A DNA stretch of 64,000 nucleotides. Source: a virus. Location of the stretch: IMG/VR virus record IMGVR_UViG_3300045988_122441. The stretch is one strand, 5' to 3'. Shown here piece by piece: positions 45,801-54,133 of this stretch (position 1 is the first letter of the stretch; each line of letters starts with the position of its first letter). The notes under the pieces are model-generated. The model was not told the DNA's origin and did not search any database. It worked only from the letters and a program-made list of their open reading frames with translations. The position numbers and the translations under genes were made by a program.

Positions 45801-46265
45801 AGCAGATGCCTCTGGATTCTTTGGGTCATAGATAATCGTAGGAGAGTAGTCGTCTCTCGCAATATCATCTTCTGTGTTAATTTCAACACCATTCAATGTA
45901 AGCTGACCAAGCTCTGCTTCCTGTAAATGAATTCCTTGACAATGTTTGATTGTACAGTCATTCTCATCAACTTCTACAGAAAGCTCATACCACGGATTGA
46001 ACGTAGACGTATCAAGATGTGGTATATACACCAGTCTGAAATCCCTGATATCATCCCATAACTGGCATTCAACACCATCGATCTCCTTATAAACATCAAA
46101 GGATATCTCAGCAGTTTCTACAAGTGCATTTGCATTCGTCAGTGATTGGACATTGTGAATAATTCCTTGTTTGGTTCCGCCACGATAAGAAAGAACGAGA
46201 TCTGGTGTAATTGGCTGACCGTCAGGACTTATTTCAATAAGACCTCCATATAAAGAAGTATTCAC
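39816..46265 (-). CDS. Giant tail-associated lysin-position protein (Tal) fused to receptor-binding modules, 2149 aa
   Basis: The N-terminus resembles prophage-tail (Tal) proteins and follows Dit. It contains an internal zinc ribbon 'CMECG..CPKCG'. Tandem ~100-aa modules ('YVHFAYA.SADG', 'YIGICV...SYTWSKF.GKDG') are present. Short GXY runs and a CBM-like domain lie before a C-terminal coiled coil. Confidence 0.75.
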   Translation of the reverse strand: MNTSLYGGLIEISPDGQPITPDLVLSYRGGTKQGIIHNVQSLTNANALVETAEISFDVYKEIDGVECQLWDDIRDFRLVYIPHLDTSTFNPWYELSVEVDENDCTIKHCQGIHLQEAELGQLTLNGVEINTEDDIARDDYSPTIIYDPKNPEASALDRILKDKASHYTIVHVDSSIANLQRTFSWDGSSIKDAFDDIANEVECLFKYGEYTNNDGKIHRTISVYDLNDRCMECGERGSFTTKVCPKCGSANINYGYGTDSGIFLSHENFAGDITYSSNKDSVKNCFRLVAGDDLMTATIRNINPSGSQYIWYLSDSVRADMSQALQDKLKAYDTEYESYSTKKQIDIPSTVISEYNALINKYKLYDDTLTNVKYPIVGYSALTDVYYSALNFYSLLKTTLAPASEHGEKTTAAKELAKLTTNTLSPLGIQNAEISSSATVTSAVQNYAKVFIDTSLYRITAKCNTYEAKVWKGTVTLTGYSDEEDTATSAVLTVYVSDATPDFIKCQIEKAMKKNDVDATGTVALFKKSESEFKQALSFYSVDNLNILASIARGCLDILIQQGVADPENELYASMYLPYYNRSVWIQDELREREAEVLKLRGTRSNPDGVLDYIEKQRQAIANKLDLRSYLGETLWVEFCSFRRDDTYQNDNFISDGLSDTELIAQAKEFIKNAEREIVKSATLQHTISCNLNNFLLVKEQDVEESPVPIVTLDGVHIITHDQLYLVKGNATFSPLLVNFEVGNWVHIEIDGVVYKLRLTSYKIDYDNLDKLDVEFSDVTYGLDYMSDTQSILAQAQSMATSYSMVQHQANKGNNANKQIMDMVENGLNLTNKRIVNAADNQNMVVDESGLLMREKNEFGDDYSAEQTKIINHGFYYTNDGWKTVKTGLGKYIYYDPETGTYKEDYGIIAHKIVGNIILGNELGIYNTSGSVKIDQNGMTITADASDTNKDLFTLQRKNKDGSYTKYVYVDDDGNIKINGRHIQMTTSDDLGSYIDKTIKQEAAALVVQLTNEYIGITTDSNGNGGNFTDCYTDVLVFSGSTDITKSSDLKWTITATSGIVGEWDKTNHRYTIKNLTTSVGEVVFDLIYMDKLSVSKKFRIAKLKAGADGGQGLPGRDGVDGKSSYIHIKYSPVANPTDELMTEVPSTYIGICVDENVNDPTTASSYTWSKFTGKDGKDGTAGADSYVHFAYAQSADGSVNFSVVEYEGATHIGVYTDNVKEDSTDYKKYAWSQIRGEDGTSVYIVSTEVVYIPSDSGTIPPSANSMATNDGKIIVDHNGNELATNKWLTTVPNVIEGSYLWTRTTVNYSDGNSTVTYSVSRQGIDGTDGIDGINGRDGRDGSSNYVHIKYSAYPNPTDSQISEVPSDYIGICVNDVIKDPDTANSYTWSKFAGKDGEDGIPGKNGYVHFAYAMSADGKEGFSKSEFTGATYIGVYSDNVQADSGNYKDYAWSLIKGADGKTPVKGVDYFDGVSSYLWIRYATDANGSGMTTTPSSATKYIGTTSTTTSTAPTAASAYKWSKYVGENGTPGENGYVHIAYADSADGKTGFNTTVGTDKKYIGQYTDNIEADSTDPTKYTWSLIKGADVTITSTKIEYIATTEKSTTPPESVELITSGGLSLVDNSSRIFVTNKWSDEMPELSDGMILWTRTTVNYSDGNSTVTYTNAKQGDTGVTGRTYFLEVDTSAVKIDGNNIITPDTVKVRGYYRDGNGDREVYPCRFVITKTYSDNRTEEVFSSSGNVAEQSFTIYGEADMPTFYTVEMHKASQAPNDNNLLDIQTIPILVDSANMMIGARNLLKKSDALEGCHYYGSDGVYSITEDEIEAKKVIKIQSGTGSNTAKAVYYEVYTDNLISASIGTKLTVSMNVYSRQNTTINVCLANANGVMQTTDMQQIQLSSGWNKVYTVLTLEDTEFELVTDARYNFATSSGQLLTTGNVGNLSNVLRITDNMNGNDYYAIDYIQLEKGNRPTDYYPAPEDLLNYTDKNLGDISDELREIISDVLNQVTINRKDFDDLVGEDGRIEEIRKSSVTTQQQVDRVQTDINTYIVQVDAINGKIVDIEKTTECFSMEDAGLRITRKISSQDVSKQLSMLLSEQKLSFYQGTDEVAYFSNNKLYVTDAEILERLQLGKFAFIPRSNGNLSFRYLGGR

Positions 46266-47059
46266 GCAATCACCACCTTCGCAATCGGATTATATGAAAT
46301 AGAGTATGTGCAAGGGAGATTAAACGTCAGTTTGTTTAATACATTGCCATACTCATTGTTGATTCGGATAAATTTGTAGTTAAAGTCATCTCCAAGTTCA
46401 TGCGATTTATTACTTGATAAGATTTGCAGGAGATGAGTAAATGTGAGTGTTTCTCCAGAAGAGCATCCACGAACAACAGTTGTTCTGTTATCGAATCCGT
46501 TTGTGATTTTTAAATCACCTGCGGCTTTGAGAGTAATTGTGATGTCAGGGTAGATATATCCTTCATCATCACTTGTGTCACTGATACTCACAGTACCGTC
46601 CTTTGCTACTGATCCGCTGATATTTACCTTGTCTTTATATCCGAATGGTGCGGTAGCAGTAAAAGTTAAATTGAATCCGATGCAAGCAGAATCGGCATGA
46701 ACCTCTTCGACATTGAATGTTCCATTCCAGAAGATACCTTCGTAATCATCGCCACCAGCTCTGAATTCGGACGCAACTGGACTTTCCAGCCATCGCTTCA
46801 AAGCTGCAGCTTCCTTTGGCGTAACCGCAGTCCCGGCATTATTACCGAGTTTACATATTGACATTTCTGCAACAAATGCACCGTCATAAACCGAATATAT
46901 AATCGGAAAATATCGACCGCCAAACATTGATATTGAAGTAAGTTCTCGCTGTGAATCTGTTGTTACGGCTCCGACAGAGCCAGAACCATCAAACTCGCAA
47001 AGCATGTAGCCATGGTCATTTAACGACTCTCCTCGAAAAGTAAAATCACATCTATCCAT
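46262..47059 (-). CDS. Distal tail protein (Dit)
   Basis: 265 aa between the TMP-side genes and Tal. 'FTFRGESLNDHGYML' is a typical Dit N-terminus. Confidence 0.65.
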   Translation of the reverse strand: MDRCDFTFRGESLNDHGYMLCEFDGSGSVGAVTTDSQRELTSISMFGGRYFPIIYSVYDGAFVAEMSICKLGNNAGTAVTPKEAAALKRWLESPVASEFRAGGDDYEGIFWNGTFNVEEVHADSACIGFNLTFTATAPFGYKDKVNISGSVAKDGTVSISDTSDDEGYIYPDITITLKAAGDLKITNGFDNRTTVVRGCSSGETLTFTHLLQILSSNKSHELGDDFNYKFIRINNEYGNVLNKLTFNLPCTYSISYNPIAKVVIA

Positions 47060-47080
47060 ACGTCCTCCTCCTTTCGTAAT

Positions 47081-47383
47081 TTATACTTTGAACTGTCTAT
47101 TTAACTGATTAAATTTCTTTTCATATTCCTTGCGTATTTTGCGGACGGCAAATACAGCATCTTTATACTGTTTTCGATATTCAAGAGCTTCTTGAATTCT
47201 TGCATTCCACTCAGCACGTAAGGTATCCACGCTTCCGATAATCTGCTCATAGTGTTGATTCTTATCTGAAAGCTGTGCGTTTTCTGTACGCAAAGCTCTA
47301 TTTTCATTTTTGAGTTTTTCGTTCTTTTCCTGTAGGCTTTTGATAGTGCGTTCCTGCATATCAATTTTTCTGTTTAAATTCAT
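47081..47383 (-). CDS. Coiled-coil protein
   Basis: The ATG at 47383 has a GGAGGAAAAGG SD. The track extension to 47443 runs through a hairpin and into the TMP stop. Confidence 0.5.
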   Translation of the reverse strand: MNLNRKIDMQERTIKSLQEKNEKLKNENRALRTENAQLSDKNQHYEQIIGSVDTLRAEWNARIQEALEYRKQYKDAVFAVRKIRKEYEKKFNQLNRQFKV

Positions 47384-47403
47384 ATCCTTTTCCTCCAATA
47401 GAA

Positions 47404-47431
47404 AGAGAGGCAACATAATAATTGCCTCTCT
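47404..47431 (-). terminator. Stem-loop directly after the tape-measure stop
   Basis: 10-bp stem AGAGAGGCAA/TTGCCTCTCT. Only a short U-tract follows on the minus strand. Confidence 0.4.
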
Positions 47432-47436
47432 AGTTA

Positions 47437-50400
47437 CTACCACTGATATTTATTTTTCGAGAGCTTACTGCCACCAGATAACTGGTCAACAGTCATGGAA
47501 CGAATCATCTTTTCAAATTTTCCGTCCTTACGCATCTGGTTCATAAAATCGTTGTAGTCTTGTACATGTTCTATCGGAATTGTTACCTGATAGGTGATGT
47601 CTCCGATATTTGTTGTATCTTTTCCGGATATAGGCGCACTTACCTTAGCAAGCTGTGATAATACATTTGCAGCGCCCTCATCTCCTCCAAACAACTTGCT
47701 CAAAGGATTATTTCCATCAGCAATGCTTCTCATAGCATCTTTCAATGCAATGAAGTTCTGTGTGTCCTCTGGGTTTAGAACCATTTCTGGCTCTGTAGGA
47801 GAACCGTCAAGCCAAGCTACTCCGGTATAGTCGGCAAGACCACCTTTCTTGAATGCGCTGTAGTAATACTGGGATAATTTGCTCTTTCCGGTCTTTACCC
47901 AGTAATTGTACAGATCACCATTGTTTGCATGAGCATTAATGTATTTCTGTACGGCAGCCGCATTAGAAGCACCAAACTTTGCTGTCAACCGCTTCTTTCT
48001 GTCAGGGTCATTTCCCCATCCAGACTTAGAGCCGTAAATCCAGATAGCTGCGGCAACACCACGTTTCACGTCCTCATTGAATTTTGGTTTCGTAGAGGTA
48101 GTCGTAGGTGTTTTTGGCGTGCTAGTAGATGTAGGCGGCTTCGCAGAAGTGTCTGTTTTGGTAGATGGAGTTGCAGAAGACACTGTCTTGTTAGCCTGAT
48201 TATCGCTTTCTTTGACCATAGCACCAATTTTGTATGCTATTTTTGTAATCACATCATTGACTGATGTAAGTTGTGTCAAGAAAGACTCTCCGTACTTTGT
48301 GATGATAGAGTATCCGCCACCCTCATTTGACCAAATGGACTTCATGGCAGCAGATAAATCATATCCAACTTTGTCGCTCTGTGTCTGTAACGTAGTGCTA
48401 ATTGTTGCAGAGTTGGCATTGATTGTATCAATCATGTCAGAAATCAAAGCATCGATATTATCAAGACGTTCATTCAGAATTGCCTCGTACTCATCATACA
48501 GATTATCAAGGAGCTTTTTCTGCTCACTGATATAGTGCTCATACTGCGTCTCCTCAAGGTCGTCCATAGCGTCAGCCAGGTCAACCTGAATCTTTTGTAT
48601 GGTAGCTCTAGTCTCTTCTGAATTATCACCGGAATATGCAGATAACTGTTTCTGCAGTTTAGCAATCTCTGATGACTGTTTTTCAATATCTTTCTGATAA
48701 TCATGTAGGTCTTTGGCGGTATCCATTGCCTCAGTGTATTTGTCAATCAAATCCTGTAAGGCATCAAGTTCTTTTTCGATACCATTAGCCACGAGGTCTT
48801 TAATTGCTTGCTTTTCATCCTCAGCCGCAATGATTGAATCACGCTGTGCCTCCAGTAATTCCTGGCGATGCTGTAACAGCGTTGTATTGTTTGGGTCTTT
48901 TGCAATCTCTGCATTTAACTTCTTCAATTCTTCTGCATACTTATCAGCCTGAGCCATGTATACATTGTAGTTTTGACCACGAAGACCTAGTGTTGCCATA
49001 CCAGTATCGGTAAATTTACCGTTATCAGTAAACAAATCAGTGTTCTCCATTAAGTCAATCATAAAGTTGGCTTCATCAGTAATATTACTGATCTGCTCTT
49101 GCAGATACTCAAACCGTTCCCACTTGATTTCTCGTATCGAATTATTGAATTCGATGACAGCGGTTTCAGACTTCTGAATAGATTCTTTTACCGAATTGAT
49201 ATCGTTCTGCATGTCATACCATGCTTCACTGCCTTCTTTGATTTCTCCAGAATTTACAGCTTCTGACATTGCTTTTGTGAGAGAAGCAAGTTCCTTCTTC
49301 TGAATAGCAATATTCTGTTTTTCAACATTTCGCATAGCTTCATAGAATTTGGTACTTGCAAGATATCCGCGAGCTTCAAGGTTATCAATACCGTTGTCAT
49401 AGGTATTAGTCAGATGCTCCAACAGACTAAGTTGATTCTCAAAATCGTTTGAGAGATTATCAAATCTATCTTTATATAGGCTGGCAATTTCTTCATGCAA
49501 TTCTGCGACGGCATCTTTTGCTTTAATTGCTTTCTCATAGAAATCTTGATAATCCTTAATCTTATCAGCAAGGTCTTCGTCTGTGACGGTTGTGATATCA
49601 ATAGAACCATTCTGAATCTTTTTGACCCAAGATTGATCCAGACCAAGCGAGTTGGCTTTCGCCATATATCCCTCGTATGCCTTGTTTTCTACATCAATCT
49701 TCTTTGTAATAGCTGCCATTTCTTTGACGGTAGCTTTATTACGGGTGCTAAGAGTTTGGAATGCACTGTCGGCTGTTATCTTTAGCCGATCAATAGCCTC
49801 TGTAGCTCTATCGACAGCTATGGCAATAAGGTCAAATACTTCTTCAAATTCTTTTTCTTTGGTAGATGTAGAATTTGATTTTGATTTTGAACTTCCGCTA
49901 GACCTTGTCCTGGAACCGCCGGATGATTTAGAACCACTTGAACTCTTCTTAGAAGAAGATGGTTTTCTGCTTGTAGAAGAGGCACTCGGTTTATATGGCT
50001 TATAACCACCAGTGACCATTGCAGTACCGCTTACAAGGGCAGAAGCTCGTCCGGCAACATAGCCATTCTCCAACAGACTTTCTGTTTGTCTATGGTTGAA
50101 TACAATAGCTCCAGCAGGTATATCTCTGAATTCAGCACCGTTGTCGCCAACTGTATACCACTTGCCTGTGCGTGGGTCTACGACGATTTCTCGTCCAAGT
50201 TCTCCAACAAGTGTACGTCCTCCTGGGGCAGTTCCCCAGTCGCCGCCCACTCTTGCAGTACCGCCCGCATGAGCAGTACCATTAACACTGACATCTCCAG
50301 TCTTCACGTAATTTACATATCTTGTGATAGTGCTAAATGAACCTGGAAGATTTGCTGTATCCGCAACATAATTAACTGTTCTGTTAATAGATGGGAAAGA

Positions 50401-53154
50401 GGTTGGCAATAAATCCGTCTTAGGGTCATAGATCACGTCGCATGTCTTAGACTCTGGATTGTACCCATCAATAGCGGAGGCATCTACTTTTGCCTGAACA
50501 TTAATTGTTTCTGCCGATAAATTTGCGATTGATGTCTGAATAGATTCTACGGACGTAGAGTCTATATTCAACTTCGCTTTAATATCTGGCGAAAGATTCT
50601 GAATTTCAGAAGCGAGAGAGTTTACCTGAGATTCAGCCTCGCTAGTGTCAGCACCTACTTTCTGCTTGATTTCCAGATCATTTGTGGCATTCTGGAATTG
50701 CTGCAGAAGTGAGATTGCGTTGCTGACTTCGCCCTCAACCTGAGAAGCATCGACACGCATAACATCAGGCTGTGAAAGGAGCTGCTTCTGTGTAAGGCAA
50801 TACTGAATAACAGCGTTGGCATTGTCAATGCTCGAAGCATCGACATCCGGTCTAGCTTTAATGCTATCCATCTCAGCAATCGTTGCATCGAGGGCATTGA
50901 TCTGTTCCTCTGTTGTAGAAAGATCAGATACATCCATCTTAATTTTCAGATCGCTGTTGCCGTCTAACTGTCGTAACGATTCAGCAGCTTCATTGGCTTC
51001 TACAGCTAAATCACCTACTGTTTTAACTGCTTCGTCTCCCCAGTCAAATTCAGCACCTTTCAACTGTAATTCATCGAAAAATGCCTGGACAACACCAGAA
51101 GATAAGTTCAGTCCCTCTGCGAAGTCCTCCATCTTCTTGCCACCGAGGACTTTAAATCCGTCATCTTCGCTATATGACATCAGTCCGGCATCAACAGATT
51201 TCTGAAGGAATTTATCAATATCAAGACCGTCAACAACTCCGTCGTCATCGAATCTCAGATACTGTTTGAAGTCCGACATATAGGACTCAATAGCACCGAG
51301 ATCTTCACGATCAACAGAATCTGGTACGATGAAATCTACGGCAGCTTCAAATTTCTTTGAACCAAAGTTCCCATAGATATCAGAGTTCGCATCGTATGTA
51401 TCACGAATTTGCTGTATAGCACTAACAGTATCATTCGCCATATCTCCATAATCAGAAGCACTCTGTGCATTTAACCAATGCTGGTAAGCACCAACAGCTT
51501 CCTGAATAGAAGCGGAGAGTAAGTCGTACTGAGCACATGTATCAGCAATAGCACTGTTTTCATCCAGTAAGGCATCTATTGAAGCCTGTATGCTGTCGGC
51601 TGTTTCGCCTTCTGCAAAACTTGCATCCCGTAACTGCTGACGATATTGTTCAATCTGTCGTGCGTTCTCAAGATATTGAGATTGTGCCAGTGCCTTGTTT
51701 GTGTTGTTGATAGCAACCTGTTCGTCTGCTTTGGCTTTAGCAATTTCTGCTACTTTATCCGCATTTAACTGCATTGTGCCATTGACATACTCAAGAGCAC
51801 TTCGATAATCTGCGAGTTCATCAGAATTGAAATCTTCTACGGATATAGACTTTCCGGTCATCTGACCGTTTAATACAGACTGTACTGCATCAATCTGAGA
51901 TGTCAGCTCCTGCGTTGCTTTAGTTGTATCGTCTACGGCATTCTGAATTCTTTCTGCATTGGATACGACAGCCTCGCCCGCATCGTCCGTAGCTTCTGCA
52001 CTGGAATTGATAAGATCTACGAAGTCGCTGATTGATAATCCGGCACCTTCAATGGCAGAAGCGAGTTCAGGATATTTTTCCTTTACATCGTCAACCGATA
52101 TACCAGCTCCGTCAGTAGCCTTTGCTAATTCTGTGAGTTCATCCTTAGCCTTCTTGTATTCATCGCTATTTAATATTTCATTAAATTGCATCTGTTTCCA
52201 AGCAGTAGGGTCTAATTCTGAGTAGATATAGGCAATCTGGTCATCAATCTGACTTAACACATCTGAAGCGCCGTCAACCTTTGCAAGTTCTTCTTCGGGG
52301 AGAGCTTTAAGCGTGTCTCTATATTCTGTAAGAAGTTTTACCTGATCCCAGATAGAATCTGTTAAATCCTGATTCAGATCGTCGTAATGTTGGATGTCTT
52401 CTTCCAACCATTTGATATCATTCTCATTTCCATCCTTCTGTGCTTTTGCAAGCTCATCCTTAGCTTCTTGCTTCAAAGCATCGAACTGTTTTATAGCTGC
52501 AAGCATAGAAGAAACATCAGTCGGCTCGACAGTAAGACCAGCATTATTCCCCGTCATCTGAGCATAATCTTGACGCTCTTTGGTTTGACTTGCACTGATT
52601 TCATTTTTGAAATTCTTTTTATATGCTGAAACAGTATCTTCAGCAGCTTGTCTGGCTGCTTTATTTTCTTCTCTTTCAGCTAAGTCCTGCTGAATTAACA
52701 GCTGTTCAGTAGCATCTTTGAGCTTCTGGAGTTCTGCCTCCTCCACAAATGTAAGATGTTCTTTACCAAGCAGCTCATCCATAGAAGCCTTTGTTGTGTC
52801 TAATTCTGAGTTGACACTTTCGAGATTAGACTGAGCTTCTTGATAAGCACTGTATGAATCACGCATCTTATCATTAGCTTCTGATGCAGATACATATGCC
52901 TTTGATATTGCGTAAATACCTGCGGCAACGGCAGCCGCAATAGCGACAATCGGTACAAGTGTTCCGGATAACGCAGCAGCTCCAGCAGATAATGTTCCGA
53001 ATACGCCAGCTCCACTCGAAGCGGCTGCAGCCATCTTTGCAATCGCATCTCCTACACTACCGAAAGATAACTGTAGCGCCACGAATACATCTGATAAAGA
53101 CTTTATTCCTCCGATGTCTTTAGTAACAGACAATAGACATGTCGGGTATTTCAT
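47437..53154 (-). CDS. Tail tape measure protein, C-terminal 1905-aa portion (probable 3' exon)
   Basis: Long coiled coils. The hydrophobic 'AAAASSGAGVFGTLSAGAAALSG' segment is typical of TMP mid-regions. 'GGDWGTAPGGRTLVGELGREIVV' is present. No purine-rich SD lies before the first ATG. Confidence 0.75.
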   Translation of the reverse strand: MKYPTCLLSVTKDIGGIKSLSDVFVALQLSFGSVGDAIAKMAAAASSGAGVFGTLSAGAAALSGTLVPIVAIAAAVAAGIYAISKAYVSASEANDKMRDSYSAYQEAQSNLESVNSELDTTKASMDELLGKEHLTFVEEAELQKLKDATEQLLIQQDLAEREENKAARQAAEDTVSAYKKNFKNEISASQTKERQDYAQMTGNNAGLTVEPTDVSSMLAAIKQFDALKQEAKDELAKAQKDGNENDIKWLEEDIQHYDDLNQDLTDSIWDQVKLLTEYRDTLKALPEEELAKVDGASDVLSQIDDQIAYIYSELDPTAWKQMQFNEILNSDEYKKAKDELTELAKATDGAGISVDDVKEKYPELASAIEGAGLSISDFVDLINSSAEATDDAGEAVVSNAERIQNAVDDTTKATQELTSQIDAVQSVLNGQMTGKSISVEDFNSDELADYRSALEYVNGTMQLNADKVAEIAKAKADEQVAINNTNKALAQSQYLENARQIEQYRQQLRDASFAEGETADSIQASIDALLDENSAIADTCAQYDLLSASIQEAVGAYQHWLNAQSASDYGDMANDTVSAIQQIRDTYDANSDIYGNFGSKKFEAAVDFIVPDSVDREDLGAIESYMSDFKQYLRFDDDGVVDGLDIDKFLQKSVDAGLMSYSEDDGFKVLGGKKMEDFAEGLNLSSGVVQAFFDELQLKGAEFDWGDEAVKTVGDLAVEANEAAESLRQLDGNSDLKIKMDVSDLSTTEEQINALDATIAEMDSIKARPDVDASSIDNANAVIQYCLTQKQLLSQPDVMRVDASQVEGEVSNAISLLQQFQNATNDLEIKQKVGADTSEAESQVNSLASEIQNLSPDIKAKLNIDSTSVESIQTSIANLSAETINVQAKVDASAIDGYNPESKTCDVIYDPKTDLLPTSFPSINRTVNYVADTANLPGSFSTITRYVNYVKTGDVSVNGTAHAGGTARVGGDWGTAPGGRTLVGELGREIVVDPRTGKWYTVGDNGAEFRDIPAGAIVFNHRQTESLLENGYVAGRASALVSGTAMVTGGYKPYKPSASSTSRKPSSSKKSSSGSKSSGGSRTRSSGSSKSKSNSTSTKEKEFEEVFDLIAIAVDRATEAIDRLKITADSAFQTLSTRNKATVKEMAAITKKIDVENKAYEGYMAKANSLGLDQSWVKKIQNGSIDITTVTDEDLADKIKDYQDFYEKAIKAKDAVAELHEEIASLYKDRFDNLSNDFENQLSLLEHLTNTYDNGIDNLEARGYLASTKFYEAMRNVEKQNIAIQKKELASLTKAMSEAVNSGEIKEGSEAWYDMQNDINSVKESIQKSETAVIEFNNSIREIKWERFEYLQEQISNITDEANFMIDLMENTDLFTDNGKFTDTGMATLGLRGQNYNVYMAQADKYAEELKKLNAEIAKDPNNTTLLQHRQELLEAQRDSIIAAEDEKQAIKDLVANGIEKELDALQDLIDKYTEAMDTAKDLHDYQKDIEKQSSEIAKLQKQLSAYSGDNSEETRATIQKIQVDLADAMDDLEETQYEHYISEQKKLLDNLYDEYEAILNERLDNIDALISDMIDTINANSATISTTLQTQSDKVGYDLSAAMKSIWSNEGGGYSIITKYGESFLTQLTSVNDVITKIAYKIGAMVKESDNQANKTVSSATPSTKTDTSAKPPTSTSTPKTPTTTSTKPKFNEDVKRGVAAAIWIYGSKSGWGNDPDRKKRLTAKFGASNAAAVQKYINAHANNGDLYNYWVKTGKSKLSQYYYSAFKKGGLADYTGVAWLDGSPTEPEMVLNPEDTQNFIALKDAMRSIADGNNPLSKLFGGDEGAANVLSQLAKVSAPISGKDTTNIGDITYQVTIPIEHVQDYNDFMNQMRKDGKFEKMIRSMTVDQLSGGSKLSKNKYQW

Positions 53155-53172
53155 GGTAAAATTGAATAAAAT

Positions 53173-54133
53173 CTATGGGAGGTATATTTATGGCTTTGAT
53201 AAAATGTCCCGAGTGCGGACAAGATGTGTCTGATAAAGCAATACAATGCATCCATTGTGGATATCCTTTAAATATCCAGAAAGATAGTGCTTATGATATT
53301 ATCTATAATGGATTTGAAAATAATTCATTAAAATACAAGTATCAAGCAAATCTGATAGGATGTATAAGACAACTGCTGAAATTAGATTTAACAACTGCGA
53401 AAATGATTATTGACAACCCACCATATACTCTTTTCCATTCTGTATCAAAAGAACAGGCAGAATGGATTATTACAACATTAAAACCGTTTCAATGCAATGT
53501 TACTGCAAACGAATCTAATAGCGATATTCAGTCAAATATTGAAATTGATTCTTATATGGCAAACGGATCAACATTGATATGCCCGCATTGTGGTTCTAAT
53601 GAAGTTATAACAGGTCAAAGAGGCTTTTCATTATTAACCGGATTTATAGGCAGTAATAAAACCATCAATAGATGTGGAAAATGCGGATATAAATGGGAAC
53701 CGTAATTTATGTCTTCTTATCGACGCTGACATATGCGTACCATGATTAGAGTGAGAGATAAGTTCTCACTACACGAGGACTATACATTAAAAGTCGCTAC
53801 ACTAGGCAGTAGCGGCTCAAAGGGTGGGTAGTCTCTGAGGATGAAGCTGTGAGTCTTCGTCCGGCTGATGTCATCCTATCTGCAGAAATATCTGCGTAGC
53901 ACTTAGGCTTACTATCACCATATGCCATCCAATCATTTGTTTCTGCCTTTCGCAACGTTCACGCTTATTGTTTCCAATTACGTTGTAGTATGATTGGTTT
54001 AACCAGTTTCCCAGCAATTACCCCTTTGTGTGATTTGTTTTAAAACGCTCACCCATAGCCTTGGCTCATATCTCCAAAATTGATATGTCCTTGACCATGC
54101 CGACCTCTGTTACAGATAACCCATGATTTTGGG
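53173..54133 (-). ncRNA. Putative group I intron interrupting the tape-measure gene (boundaries approximate)
   Basis: All elements below read on the minus strand. P-like UAAUUGCUGGGAAAC (54006-54020). P3 CAAAGGG (54022-54028) pairs with CCCUUUG (53818-53824). R-like UCAGAGACUAC (53828-53838). P8 hairpin (53796-53813). S-like AAUGUAUAGUCC (53777-53788). P9 hairpin (53750-53770). Two GAAA tetraloop hairpins lie in the P5 region. Confidence 0.6.
53190..53705 (+). CDS. Zinc-ribbon / ribosomal L7-L12 C-terminal-domain-like / zinc-ribbon protein
   Basis: 'CPECGQ..CIHCG' and 'CPHCGS...CGKCG' flank 'LIGCIRQLLKLDLTTAKMIIDNPPYTLFHSVSKEQAEWIITTLK' (cf. L12 CTD 'IKvVRe.tGLGLKEAKdLVe.aP..lkegvsKeeAe.lk..Le'). 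GGGAGG lies 7 nt before the ATG at 53190. Opposite strand to all neighbours. Confidence 0.6.
   Translation: MALIKCPECGQDVSDKAIQCIHCGYPLNIQKDSAYDIIYNGFENNSLKYKYQANLIGCIRQLLKLDLTTAKMIIDNPPYTLFHSVSKEQAEWIITTLKPFQCNVTANESNSDIQSNIEIDSYMANGSTLICPHCGSNEVITGQRGFSLLTGFIGSNKTINRCGKCGYKWEP

Noticed and set aside
47384-47443. N-terminal extension of the 47081 ORF (track start 47443) overlapping the TMP stop
   Set aside because: The extension runs through a 10-bp hairpin and has no SD. The internal ATG at 47383 has a strong SD.
53175-53705. Intron-encoded homing endonuclease
   Set aside because: It lies on the opposite strand to the intron-like RNA. No LAGLIDADG, GIY-YIG, HNH or His-Cys box motif is visible. 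The middle domain looks like the L7/L12 CTD.
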